From a virus (taxonomy: Duplodnaviria; Caudoviricetes), in the IMG/VR virus record IMGVR_UViG_3300042868_009047: a DNA stretch of 64,000 bases; one strand, 5' to 3'. Below, piece after piece: positions 9,601-18,736 of this stretch (position 1 is its first letter; every line of letters starts with the position of its first letter). The notes below the pieces were generated by a model. That model searched no databases and was not told where the DNA came from. It saw nothing but the letters and a program-made list of their open reading frames with translations. The translations under genes and the position numbers were made by a program.

Positions 9601-11109
9601 AGGTTCAACATTAAGATCTTTTATACTGAATAGTGATTCAATGATTGTGTTCTCATCTTCAACATTATATGTTTCAAAACCAAGCATATTACCAAAATTC
9701 TTAACCAACAAATCTGGTATGTTTTCAATTTTGTCGTACGTAAGATTTGTCATGAAGGTTATACCATCAATGTATTTTCTGATGTTATCAAAGTTCTTAC
9801 CGATAAGTCCGAACATTAAATTTATTCTCCTATCATCAGTATCAAATTCTTTTAATGAATCTGTTGTTAAAAACCTAGTAATTAAATTTGTTTTTGTTGC
9901 ATCAAAATCATCTGATATTTGATTTAATTTTGTTAGATACGCATCAAAATCTGAAGTAAAAATATCAATGTTATGCTTATCCGATTGCGGGAAAATTAAT
10001 TGTTCTTCAGTATTTATTCTAACTCCAGAATCTGTTACCTTTGTATATCTAATAACTGAAATATATCTTTTTAATTCATAATCATAATCCATTAAAAATT
10101 TACCCATGTCAGATAAACTACTTTGGAATTCATCGAATTTTTTTAACGATGGCTTTAACCAGAATGTTGTATTAACAGTTTGATCGTTATTAGCCACACC
10201 ATCAAATGGGTTACCCTGAACAACCAAATAAATACCGTTATCGGTGTCAGTTTTTGAACTCGGTAAGGTTACATTTAATATCTTATATTCAGTATCATTA
10301 TAATAAAGTACAAAATCACTGTATTTTTTAGAAAAATTTCTAAGTGGGGTTATATTAGCGTCATCAGTTATTGTGGTACCAATTACGGTATATTCAATAC
10401 CAAACGGGTTTTCAATATTATTTATGTTTATCTTAAACTCAGAGGTGTCCTTATCAGTGTTATAACTATAATCACTTACTGTTGGTGATAATAAACTTAT
10501 TACGTTTAATTTAAGGGATGCTGGGTATTTTTGTGAAATCTCAACAATCGTATTTTTAACAGTTTCTTTTAATGGAGAATATAAAACATAATTCTCTAAT
10601 TTTTTCTTATCAAAAAGAATTGTTACTGTTAAATTATTTTCAATTTTAGCGTTAATCGTATCAACCAAATTGGTTGTTGCATCCGTATTTTTATTGGGAT
10701 TTAAATCATTGATTGATGCCGCTGTATAAGTTCTTGTTTCAGGGCTAATTTTTGCCGTTTTACCAACAGCTGGTTTTTGCGAAACACTAGTGTTAATCGA
10801 AAAATTACCTAACGTAAAAAATGGGTCACCAGATATTTCATTATTGCTATTTGCGAATTGCAAACCAACGGCTTTATCACCGATATTACCTTTACCAGAT
10901 ATCGCATTTAAAACACCCTGTCTTTTTACAAACTTTAAAGCCTGTTCATAAGCCAAATATGTCGAACAAGGGACATATTTATTTTGACCGTTAATGTTAT
11001 ACGTTCTGTATCCACTACAACCTAGATTAGCCGAAGCTGCGATTGCCGCTTCTGGAGTATCGTATAAATCGGCTATTAATGGTGTGTTTGAGTAACTAAG
11101 ATTAGCCAT
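3691..11109 (-). CDS. Giant baseplate wedge/tail protein with a P2 gpI / T4 gp7-like domain
   Basis: 2472-aa ORF. DLLVKNFGNMLGF...ELWRRIFINAYYLWKSKGTRKSIEFILNLVG matches the Tail_P2_I-type KGT motif; Thr/Gly-rich C-terminal region. Confidence 0.65.
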   Translation of the reverse strand: MANLSYSNTPLIADLYDTPEAAIAASANLGCSGYRTYNINGQNKYVPCSTYLAYEQALKFVKRQGVLNAISGKGNIGDKAVGLQFANSNNEISGDPFFTLGNFSINTSVSQKPAVGKTAKISPETRTYTAASINDLNPNKNTDATTNLVDTINAKIENNLTVTILFDKKKLENYVLYSPLKETVKNTIVEISQKYPASLKLNVISLLSPTVSDYSYNTDKDTSEFKININNIENPFGIEYTVIGTTITDDANITPLRNFSKKYSDFVLYYNDTEYKILNVTLPSSKTDTDNGIYLVVQGNPFDGVANNDQTVNTTFWLKPSLKKFDEFQSSLSDMGKFLMDYDYELKRYISVIRYTKVTDSGVRINTEEQLIFPQSDKHNIDIFTSDFDAYLTKLNQISDDFDATKTNLITRFLTTDSLKEFDTDDRRINLMFGLIGKNFDNIRKYIDGITFMTNLTYDKIENIPDLLVKNFGNMLGFETYNVEDENTIIESLFSIKDLNVEPGLTPAEIDIELWRRIFINAYYLWKSKGTRKSIEFILNLVGLPDSIFEINEHVYMARNPINYTDKSFEIYGGNYSDEVLLTLLPFDKDGYPTVPYDVRYQESGFTTTNDGRNFGPYDFGKQYIQAFEKRGNVSIFTVDRYTDNVKSWVYSTEEVLRLSEDSVGYTEYYEPHSKLVINSKELEVYLASDKIFDLSVYRYYNRNAVDINSDLTFTFVPTINGGDLTFNQFLQKSLDNYIKPDNRKTIKTYPTLTKIYYDYLNSVSSPMTNTKDLEFLSYFDSSWVKLVQQFTPATTILNAGKKIQNSKFMDNKFIYKHGLNNSLSWLGTDGSEFQDLAKKTVNQGLTNPFSPIGIKKLPIAGESSTFTLVGLKGKNYLGYDPTISEYFGFYYGIEEACASEVQIYKWEKNVNYGDDAIYGGNINTGSGDRKGVYVTYDNNLYRLNTDQMHVSGYTINTDPTPYTDNFIYLEQGLGNPDTETITLPNGPGKYLVEFTIYGQDTIVIYDGLVSGTELDSINGLSGSTVTYSDTLTFTTNQISIWNALLNPSNISVTNLSIGLVSNIPNSFDVYDLIPLNVDASTLTFKDSTLTPISIAERNYYIEAISFGHAHLVADVDFVCPIPKPHTCYFNFSGNTISMTGATSYYDESGKYLTIEQSKYYGYSKYTGTTEPDNAVYGTASNWVIPYQKQNAWTNGVIYYAGDVVTKSSVNYLVTGATVTGYTVTGTPSGTTLTSIVPGLYQNYTNRTITDPYMHINSAYLKKILVNPLLDRVSFNLTKSLYLYQVYSGATDQETYKVIDNLLNDELYITDSNTLSFDGFYSLDEDKIGPFYTPDADPIGTQTLVESIDLVPNKNNYVDFESLNTNFNIVNSNISLGQGFYLIKRNKYFKFDIDLFFESELVAQQSVIIKLINKFGALIYQQLFTFSGGDESALRVVNFTHEGVFFTDTQVYLAIEPVTQPCKLSRYETIDVDYADGTTYDSLDDPRFRVYFNGGRSLINNAYFDDALSIEPIGYNDDHTVDNYLLKIENFTDTHQFIPKLNINQSYDEGYNFGLLYGQYFEKYKNTSQIGDVTSYEKKFNNDYVDFELTVRSKELNDTPQYYASNLQIYNSFAGAEKTYTISSSKNYLGNTPQAVENTSITKNIFIGKTPKPRTISLNKPDYPFLKLHKNDVAITGTTIDFMGYDDGLIDYNHLDFNSNLANSLISKKRYKLITGTTYGYWKKENDVYKTKLYQDILSAVQYFSTSINNYVINDIVKLKLSDYRKVVESTTGTTVVTTDVDRLYVCVEDITDDHLCKITGASSKFEIHPIYRPNGARTCFIPIENYNLKNFTPIGYDKQIIVDAIKSNVAPYRYREPILLDGSPTQKLNLGDIVKVYASGTGTTINYNLYEYIYNKPLTWDSTNDYFYGEIVYHPNTGGTNSFWYAPSGITVGVSPTGGTGAWYEMPITGTNANSPFWFKDITGVTAISTLYFSGPTVYKIKNLLPTVASSAGYSYYLPLTGTTNIVIADSFYTTLPGETNGITENSDITAYFRVTGSTLNYTGTSNSLMTFSATQDTNLIQNSYNYTPSGGFLDPQTVGQVIWMYINRPYGIQPLFYNVGTTATDNGILDFIATGTTYNSSSNYHSKKYTVSRNVLYRTVAGIGTFTGATEPHLSTNWEERDFMLVKKFTFKKDRCRVKIYQGTIESVNTITKNNLYFFDSNLRLKPSFTEQTFSGATKNNKLLTGVNKLFDAKNTNLRSVRDYGLTGFRRVGSDIIMDYYYEKDDSGLPLTGEFIGGLTITNPCGHTAKTIFGALFEADLTKLDQLKPRVMSSPALPENTELITGFKPEVRLIINQNGASNVTVIVENNTAGTTVFNKVLTKNKYFDENIIVNYGEFVTITIKTDVTRNLTRYASGFMDNYTLFDANDNGIENGYFASTKTNVGRLVTRTIKLKDISEGRVVKIDFDGATLVTLETVDPRDYIKLPKAL

Positions 11110-11995
11110 TTCCTACTATATTATTTAAACCTTTTGTTGTGTCTATATTATTTCTTTTTGTTCTAACCTCATACAATTTTTTATCTGTACTATCTTTAAT
11201 CTCATATAAATCATATTGAGCGTAGATATTACCATCAAAATCATACAATGTGTATATACCATCTTCCATTGATTTGGTTTGATCGGAATATAAAGCAATT
11301 GCTAAACTTTCAGCGTCATAGTTAACCAATTCAACTTCAAGTATTTGTGGTGTAAAACTTGTACTTGTTATTATAGCACTTTGACCTTTATAACCAATAA
11401 ATGGTGTTGCCGTAGGTTTAAAACTTGGTGCCGCATTTGGTGTTACCGTGCAGAACAATAGTGATCCGACATTATTGTAGGTATATTTAATTGTTTTTAC
11501 AGAACTATTTGGTGTGTCCGCCTGTACTGGTTCTACAATAAAAGAAGATGTAACAATTCTATAAATATTCGATTGTTTACTACCGTTTTCGTTTAAATAC
11601 TCTATTCTATAACCGTCTAAACCGTTATTAGTGAATTTGCTTCTAAATTCAGTTGGTACGTTTGCTGTATTAAATACAAGACCTTTTATGTCTGGAAAAG
11701 TTGCTAATTCAGCACAATCTTCAATTTGTAATCTTATTTGCGCAGGTCTAATGTAAACAGTATAAAAACCTCTTGCATTAAAAACTGTTTTAGGTAGCTC
11801 TAAATTATACATACCACCCAAAACCTCAACGGCATTGGTTGGGTCGAATACTTGTTTGATAACATCAGTACCCTTTAATTTTGTGATAGTTTGCGTCTCA
11901 GTTGAATTTCTTGTTTTACTATATAAAACAATAACTTCTATATCTGAAGGGTCAACATCTGCTGGTCTTTTAACACCATATACACCAATTGCCAT
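11102..11995 (-). CDS. Hypothetical baseplate-region protein
   Basis: 297-aa ORF overlapping the next gene by 8 bp; co-oriented in the structural cluster; no recognised motif. Confidence 0.8.
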   Translation of the reverse strand: MAIGVYGVKRPADVDPSDIEVIVLYSKTRNSTETQTITKLKGTDVIKQVFDPTNAVEVLGGMYNLELPKTVFNARGFYTVYIRPAQIRLQIEDCAELATFPDIKGLVFNTANVPTEFRSKFTNNGLDGYRIEYLNENGSKQSNIYRIVTSSFIVEPVQADTPNSSVKTIKYTYNNVGSLLFCTVTPNAAPSFKPTATPFIGYKGQSAIITSTSFTPQILEVELVNYDAESLAIALYSDQTKSMEDGIYTLYDFDGNIYAQYDLYEIKDSTDKKLYEVRTKRNNIDTTKGLNNIVGNG

Positions 11996-11997
11996 AT

Positions 11998-12783
11998 TTA
12001 TTGATCTTTAAAATTATATCCTCTTGTGTTTATTTTGTAGTATCCAAATCCTGTTTTTACCAATTCATTTAAATCCTTAATATTTTTTAGTTTTCTCATT
12101 GGTTCAAACGCATTATTTGTTCCTCTGTCTATAAATACTTCGGATAAAACTTTTGGTTCGTCAACCATGTCAGAATAATAATTTAATCCTGGTCTAACGA
12201 TTTCACCCAAATTATTTCTCATATATTTAAATATAGTATTTCCAACAGCATTATCAACATATAATATAGGATTTGGTGTATCTAAATACAAAACATATTC
12301 AATTCTGGCCGCAGATTCCAATAAAATCATTCCAACGACATTTGTACCACTTACCTCAATTCTTTTTCCAACTCTAATATTATCTGGTGGTGTGGTTGCT
12401 GTGGACGTATTTAAATCAGTACTAGTGAAGTTTTTTCCGTTTTCACTTTCATATTGTCTTAAAGCCACATTTTTAGGGTAACTAAGGTCCAATAATGAAA
12501 ATTTGGTGTCAGTTACACCTTCAATAAAATATTTATCTGGGGATGGTAAAAAATGTGTTTTAACCTGTTCAATTGTTGAAATGTCAGTTGTGTTACTAAC
12601 ATAATTTTTGGTTGGTTTAGCAGACGCATATAATTTATTATCAACTATTGTTGATTCAATCTGTGCTATTTTATCGCTTGATTCGTAATAATAGGGTAAA
12701 ACAAAGGATCCGTTTGGGTCAATTTTTGACTCAAGGTATAGGTTAATAACCCTATTTTCACCATTAATTAAAATTGTTGTCAT
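11998..12783 (-). CDS. Hypothetical baseplate-region protein
   Basis: 261-aa ORF with TAATG coupling to the upstream gene. Confidence 0.8.
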   Translation of the reverse strand: MTTILINGENRVINLYLESKIDPNGSFVLPYYYESSDKIAQIESTIVDNKLYASAKPTKNYVSNTTDISTIEQVKTHFLPSPDKYFIEGVTDTKFSLLDLSYPKNVALRQYESENGKNFTSTDLNTSTATTPPDNIRVGKRIEVSGTNVVGMILLESAARIEYVLYLDTPNPILYVDNAVGNTIFKYMRNNLGEIVRPGLNYYSDMVDEPKVLSEVFIDRGTNNAFEPMRKLKNIKDLNELVKTGFGYYKINTRGYNFKDQ

Positions 12784-14825
12784 TATTTTATGTCAATATT
12801 AATTGGTATGCTTATTTTGTAGGTTAATGAATCCTCATTATTTAATTCACTGTAGTTAATAACCAATGCGCCTTTAATATTCATCTCCTTAATAATACCA
12901 GAATAAAATAGGCCTAATTTACCAAAAACAAGATCAAGTGATATTACCATTTCCTCATTATATAATATTTTTTTCGATCCAGTGCTAGCTGTTAAGGCAA
13001 AGGTTTGTTCTTTAAATGAGGGGTCGGTTTTTAATTTTTGTACGAGATTTTGTGAATTATATTCATCACCTGGACCTGAAGTATTTTGGGGTGGGTTAAT
13101 TCGGTTTTCCAATACACTCATATTAGCAAAAATTCTTTGGTATAAATTATTGTAAATATCCTGATTAAAGGTCTGTTGTTCACCACGAACTTTTAATTTA
13201 TATTGGTCAAAAGCGTAACTAAATAAATTATCAAAATAACTAAAAGTTTTTTTACTATTTGTTTTTGGTAAGACATGTGTTTCCGTATATAAATTTTGGT
13301 TTGTATACGATAATGTACCTGTATTTGATAAATCAACACTCAGCTCATTTGATGTAAATTTAACACCCTCTAGTAAAATACTGTCAATTGAAAAGCCCTT
13401 GGTCGAGTTTATATTTTTTAATCTGATAGGTTCTATTGTTTTTTTAGATCCTTTTATATCCGTATCACCACACTTTACTTCCCTTATGTTTAATAAACCT
13501 ATTGTTTTTACATTAATATTATTAGCTATTTCAAGAAAATAACCATAATAATTACCGTAGGGAACATATGTTGTTGTATACCCCATTTCAGGATCATACT
13601 CAGTTGTTGTTTGAACAGATACTTCAACAACTTCCTGTTCACTCATAAGACCTTGTTTTGTTGTAAGATACTTTGTATCTGTTAAATAATACTTACCAAA
13701 GATTTTATCTTTAAAGGGTAGTATATCCGTATACACTGGAACAGTTTGTGTTGTTGTTGTATTTGTTGGTTGTGTATTTCCAACAAAAACCTTTGACCAG
13801 TAATCGTCATAAGAAAATTCATATAAATCAATTTTATCGATTTCTACATCAAAATTACCTGTTGTATTATTTAAATCAAAAATTTTGTATTTTTTATTTG
13901 TATAATCAATTTCATATTTTAAATACAAATCTTTTTGATCGAAAATTTCAACGTCCTGTAACCATTTCTTTTTATTGTTACTTTTTCCTGACGGTATAAA
14001 TTGTATTTTTTTACCACTTAAAGCATCCCAAAAATAAAATTTTGCATAAAAATCAGATTTAATGTATTTTTTTAGGAAGAAAAAAGAATATCCATCAATA
14101 CCTTCTGATAAATTAAAAACTGGTCTTTTTTGTGTAATACCATCGGCTGTTTTTCTTTTTTCCTTAAACAGGTATCTGTCTGAAACATATACGGGTATTG
14201 TTGTTACCCTTTTTTGTGTCTCAACCTCATAGGTGTCATATATCTCAATAATCAAAAAAGAATTATATGCATATGTTTTGTTATTAAAACCGTATTTTAA
14301 ATCAACCCACACATCTTTTTTTTCCCAAAATGGGAAAACAAATGTGTTATAAAAATGTGGGTACCCTGATTTTGCTGGGTAATTTTTTCTTAACTCAACA
14401 TATGGATCGGTAACAACATATGGTTTACTATCGTTTATTTCAGTTCTAGTTGATTCAAGTGTCCCCTCAAATTGTGGGGTTATTAAATCATTATTATCCC
14501 TTATCTCAAATAATTCGCTTTTAACAGATGTATTTATTGAAAGTACTTTACTACTGTAATCAGTAAAAGATGGCTCAATATACTTTTTTATTTCATTAAT
14601 TTCATCTTTTAAAAGATATCGTAAAAAAAAGATATCAAATTCAACATTATTATTAACATGTTTATATTCGATAGATTCAAAATCAATAACGCTGTTAATA
14701 TTAGTTAATGACTCAATATCTAATATTTTTTGAAGCACAAAATCAGTGTCAGAAGCATTATCCTCTGAAGAGGCAAATAAATTTGTTACTAACGATGTGT
14801 TTTCTTTAAATGGTTTTTTTAACAT
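12783..14825 (-). CDS. Hypothetical baseplate-region protein
   Basis: 680-aa ORF overlapping both neighbours. Confidence 0.8.
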   Translation of the reverse strand: MLKKPFKENTSLVTNLFASSEDNASDTDFVLQKILDIESLTNINSVIDFESIEYKHVNNNVEFDIFFLRYLLKDEINEIKKYIEPSFTDYSSKVLSINTSVKSELFEIRDNNDLITPQFEGTLESTRTEINDSKPYVVTDPYVELRKNYPAKSGYPHFYNTFVFPFWEKKDVWVDLKYGFNNKTYAYNSFLIIEIYDTYEVETQKRVTTIPVYVSDRYLFKEKRKTADGITQKRPVFNLSEGIDGYSFFFLKKYIKSDFYAKFYFWDALSGKKIQFIPSGKSNNKKKWLQDVEIFDQKDLYLKYEIDYTNKKYKIFDLNNTTGNFDVEIDKIDLYEFSYDDYWSKVFVGNTQPTNTTTTQTVPVYTDILPFKDKIFGKYYLTDTKYLTTKQGLMSEQEVVEVSVQTTTEYDPEMGYTTTYVPYGNYYGYFLEIANNINVKTIGLLNIREVKCGDTDIKGSKKTIEPIRLKNINSTKGFSIDSILLEGVKFTSNELSVDLSNTGTLSYTNQNLYTETHVLPKTNSKKTFSYFDNLFSYAFDQYKLKVRGEQQTFNQDIYNNLYQRIFANMSVLENRINPPQNTSGPGDEYNSQNLVQKLKTDPSFKEQTFALTASTGSKKILYNEEMVISLDLVFGKLGLFYSGIIKEMNIKGALVINYSELNNEDSLTYKISIPINIDIK

Positions 14826-16492
14826 ATCTTATCGGTATAAGTTTGGAATGAATCATTATTAGTATCGTCATTATTGTCACCAAATAAATCATCAGTAATA
14901 TTTCTAATATAATCAACGGTAACATTAACTGAATCAATATTTGTTATATCATTAACATTTAAAACATATTTCTTAGTTTTATTTTTTTCACTTAAAACAT
15001 GGAAATTTAACTTTTGGTAAACATATCTACTACCATTTAAAAAGGGAAAATCTATTAAATTACCTTCATCATTAGAAAAACCAAGATCTAATATATCTTT
15101 CCAAATAAATTTATCATTTTTTCTACTGTAAACAGCATACGTTGGTATAAATTTATTTGATGTGGAGTCTTCCACATATGTTGATTTTAACCTTAATTTT
15201 ATCTCATAAAATGGTTGATATTTGAATATAATATCATTATGGAAAAAATTATGCATTATTGGTGATATTAAGGTTTCGGTTAATGACTCAGAAGAATATT
15301 CGCAAATACCATAATCTAAGACATTATTTAAATCTGGTTTATCTGAGACATCAGATGTTGATTTTTCAGCCACTGTTTTTATACCCTCACCAGTATTTGT
15401 ATAATCAATTAAATAATTAAAATTAGATTCAACGGCTTCAAACGCATTTGTTTTTGTCGGCCCATTTTTTATAATACCAAGATAACATTCAGTTATTGGT
15501 TCATTTTTATTATCATACAAATCATTTATATCTAAATCATCAGTAAAATAGTAATTGACCAACCCGTTATTAAAAAGGTTGTTAGAGAAACCGCATTGAT
15601 CTAGGTCATCCGCTATTTTAACAATTTTTATTTGTTTAACGTAATATTCTAATACTTCATTGTCAACAACTTTAGATATAAAAAAATTTGGTTGTATTAA
15701 ATCATATGGTGCTGGTCTTGGTTTTTTTAGAGCATTTAATAATGTTGTATTATCAGTTGTTTGAACGTTTCTTATAACCCCAGTATACGAATTTGTTGCT
15801 GTTGCTGTTTCAATGCCCATTAAAGTTGCTGCGGTGTTAATGTTAGGTAATGATTGGTTTTCCTGTGCCACAGATGTGTAAAAGGTATTACTTGACATCG
15901 GAAAATCTATTGTGATTTTATTACCATTAACATTTACAATGTTATATGAACCACTCGCTAATTTAAGTGTATCCTCACTTCTTATATAAACCGTATCACC
16001 AACCAAAAAATTATGTTCAAAATGCAATAAAAAAGATGCTCTTTTGTCAGATGTTTTAGGGTTAGGGTGCATCACACTAGCTGGTAAACCTTTTGAAAAA
16101 TCAATATTAAATATTTTACTTGTATTACCATTTGCTGAAGTATATTTTATAGCATACTCCTTTTTACCTTTTGCTGAATTAAATTTAACTGGTATTGCTA
16201 AAACAACAGACCAATTATTTTTATTAAAAGTAAAAATATTTTTATCAACGTTTATTTTTATACGCCTATAGTGTATTTCTTTTGAAACAATAGGTGATAT
16301 TGTACCATAAATTTTATATTTTAGGTTTTCATTCTTTTCTTTAACAAACTGGTCATCCTGTGATACGTTAGTAAATAAATTATATTCATTTCTAACCATA
16401 GCAGGTTGTTCCAGTATAATTCTAGATTTTAATGTTTCGTTGGTTGCACCAAAAAACTTTTTTGAACCTAATACTTCAACAATATCACTCAT
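14819..16492 (-). CDS. Hypothetical baseplate-region protein with a small beta-rich module
   Basis: 557-aa ORF; HNFLVGDTVYI...GSYNIVNV...ITIDF resembles small beta-barrel inserts in phage tail proteins. Confidence 0.7.
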   Translation of the reverse strand: MSDIVEVLGSKKFFGATNETLKSRIILEQPAMVRNEYNLFTNVSQDDQFVKEKNENLKYKIYGTISPIVSKEIHYRRIKINVDKNIFTFNKNNWSVVLAIPVKFNSAKGKKEYAIKYTSANGNTSKIFNIDFSKGLPASVMHPNPKTSDKRASFLLHFEHNFLVGDTVYIRSEDTLKLASGSYNIVNVNGNKITIDFPMSSNTFYTSVAQENQSLPNINTAATLMGIETATATNSYTGVIRNVQTTDNTTLLNALKKPRPAPYDLIQPNFFISKVVDNEVLEYYVKQIKIVKIADDLDQCGFSNNLFNNGLVNYYFTDDLDINDLYDNKNEPITECYLGIIKNGPTKTNAFEAVESNFNYLIDYTNTGEGIKTVAEKSTSDVSDKPDLNNVLDYGICEYSSESLTETLISPIMHNFFHNDIIFKYQPFYEIKLRLKSTYVEDSTSNKFIPTYAVYSRKNDKFIWKDILDLGFSNDEGNLIDFPFLNGSRYVYQKLNFHVLSEKNKTKKYVLNVNDITNIDSVNVTVDYIRNITDDLFGDNNDDTNNDSFQTYTDKIC

Positions 16493-18734
16493 TATTTGTA
16501 AAATAATTTTTTTCTATCGATCTTAATCCATTCGCACCATCCCAATAACCAAAATAATAATAATTCCCTTTGTATCTATTTGATATATCTGGATTAAATG
16601 TTGTTGGCGCTGCATTACCAGTATAAAAACCGTATGAAGTATAAACCTTATTATCTATTAATTCTTTTAATTCATCTGTAATATCATATATTGAGGTTTC
16701 TAAAACAGGAAATTTGTTTTGAAAATCTGTTGACGATATAAATGACCCAAACGTAAAGTTAGGACTATATGCTTGCGTAAATCTTCTGTGGACCCCACCA
16801 TCGTTTGTTGTCGCTTCATCGCTTTTAGCTAGCTCAACAGCAAATAAACTTAAATTTAAAGGCCCGTCTGAATTATCGCCAAAATTATAGGTTCTGCTAT
16901 CACCATAAAAATTTTCATTGGTAGCTTGGTTCACAAAATCATTACCATTAAATATTTCACTAAACACGTTACCCTGATTTAAACCAGATAACCCAGAACC
17001 TATACCAGTGTGGTATTCGTGGTCCCTAACCTTTTCGCTATAAGAATTGGCTGGCGGTATCCATATTAAATTCAATACGTTTTTAGGGAAAATCATAGCT
17101 GGATCATAATTTTTATCATAAGCCTCATTTGTGTAATCAATCTTATCTCTATCAAACCCAGGTGCGACATCAATAAGATATCTTGGTATTAAAGCTGAAC
17201 CAATTATCTCAACAGTATTAACGTAAATAGCTTCTTCCCTACTTAAAGGAAAATTCCATTCAACATCTTTATTAATGTTTATTGACGGAAAATATGTTAA
17301 TTCACTACCAACCAATGAAACATTATCGTTTCTATGTTTATTATACCTAGTTTTTAATGTATAAAATTTTCGTCTTTTATTAATTAAATCATATTCAAAT
17401 AAACCGTTTTTGGTGCCTTCCCATCCACCAGTTAATGGCTCGCCAGCTGTTGATGCTGGTATTCTTATACCTGGTGTTAGTGCTAATTTAAATCCACCCC
17501 AAGGTATTCTGGTTTGGAAAGCTTCTCCGTTTTCATATAACTCAAATGCGTAATAACCTTTTGTTGGTATGCTATTTTCGGTATCATCGGTTGGTACTAG
17601 ATCACCAAATTGAGTTAGTTTGTAATAATCCATGTACATTGGTAATGATACCCTAAATATACCTGTACCCTTTTCAGCTTTAAAAGCACCAACTCTAACC
17701 CTACTACCTGGTGTTAGTTTATCATCTAATCTATAAACAACAACCACCATGTTATCAAGAGGCCAAATCTCACATGTGTCACGATTTAATAATTTATCAA
17801 ATCCAAAAACTTCTATTTGTTCTTCGCCACCATAAAGTGAAAAATTATGGTTTTCGTTTATATAATAACCAGCGCTTGGGCTTCCAATCCAGCCAAAAAA
17901 TATTGCAGTCGGTGTATATTTGTAATTAACCTTGAAGTCACATCTTGTGATACCAACATCATGCTCAACATCATCACCCCAAAAAGGTGATACATTAATT
18001 TGTTTTACCTCGTTAAAGATATTAGGCATTTGATTAATGTTTGTTTTTACCTCAACATTAAAGGTACCATTTTTTTGATAAACATAATTTGGTATTTGAT
18101 TTATATCTGCGGTATTTGCTGTGCCTGTTGATGTTGCTATAGCTTGTATACTCGTATATTGAGTTGTTGTTTCGACCAAATCATTAGCGGATAGCTCAAA
18201 ACTTTTTGTGTCAAAAAGATCAAAATCCATCATAATATTATGTGAACCAACGGGTATACCAAATATCATATAATCACCAGAATCATTTGTTATTGCGGTA
18301 TACTTATAATACTTCTCCATTATCTCAACATATTGTGGATAGTGAACAAAATCATTTGCGTTTGGTAAATTACCCACAGCTCTATGACTTGGGTTTTGAT
18401 TCCTATTTCTAGGCAATAAATTATATCTGACTCCATTAGGAAATTGATCATTAACAGTTTCAAATGGGTATAATTCAGTTATTTCAGGTCTAAGTTTGTC
18501 ATCAGCTGTTATAGGTACAAATATCGATACCCTAGCATTTTGCAAACCATAACCATTTGTCGTCTGAACCCTACCAACAATAACCCCAAAATCAGATGAT
18601 GATTTTCTATAAACATCTGTGCTGGATATCTTTAAACTTAAAATTTCTAGATTATCGAAATCGTCTTCTAAGTTTACCTGTATCCTTTCATTTGTTTGGC
18701 TATCATTTAAAACTATTCTAATGTTTTTTTCCAT
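16485..18734 (-). CDS. Structural protein with an N-terminal carboxypeptidase-regulatory-like (Ig-like) domain
   Basis: GVIVGRVQTTNGYGLQNARVSIF...TAITNDSGDYMIFGIPVGSHNI is typical of this beta-sandwich; directly downstream of the gp6-like gene. Confidence 0.55.
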   Translation of the reverse strand: MEKNIRIVLNDSQTNERIQVNLEDDFDNLEILSLKISSTDVYRKSSSDFGVIVGRVQTTNGYGLQNARVSIFVPITADDKLRPEITELYPFETVNDQFPNGVRYNLLPRNRNQNPSHRAVGNLPNANDFVHYPQYVEIMEKYYKYTAITNDSGDYMIFGIPVGSHNIMMDFDLFDTKSFELSANDLVETTTQYTSIQAIATSTGTANTADINQIPNYVYQKNGTFNVEVKTNINQMPNIFNEVKQINVSPFWGDDVEHDVGITRCDFKVNYKYTPTAIFFGWIGSPSAGYYINENHNFSLYGGEEQIEVFGFDKLLNRDTCEIWPLDNMVVVVYRLDDKLTPGSRVRVGAFKAEKGTGIFRVSLPMYMDYYKLTQFGDLVPTDDTENSIPTKGYYAFELYENGEAFQTRIPWGGFKLALTPGIRIPASTAGEPLTGGWEGTKNGLFEYDLINKRRKFYTLKTRYNKHRNDNVSLVGSELTYFPSININKDVEWNFPLSREEAIYVNTVEIIGSALIPRYLIDVAPGFDRDKIDYTNEAYDKNYDPAMIFPKNVLNLIWIPPANSYSEKVRDHEYHTGIGSGLSGLNQGNVFSEIFNGNDFVNQATNENFYGDSRTYNFGDNSDGPLNLSLFAVELAKSDEATTNDGGVHRRFTQAYSPNFTFGSFISSTDFQNKFPVLETSIYDITDELKELIDNKVYTSYGFYTGNAAPTTFNPDISNRYKGNYYYFGYWDGANGLRSIEKNYFTNNE

Positions 18735-18736
18735 AA

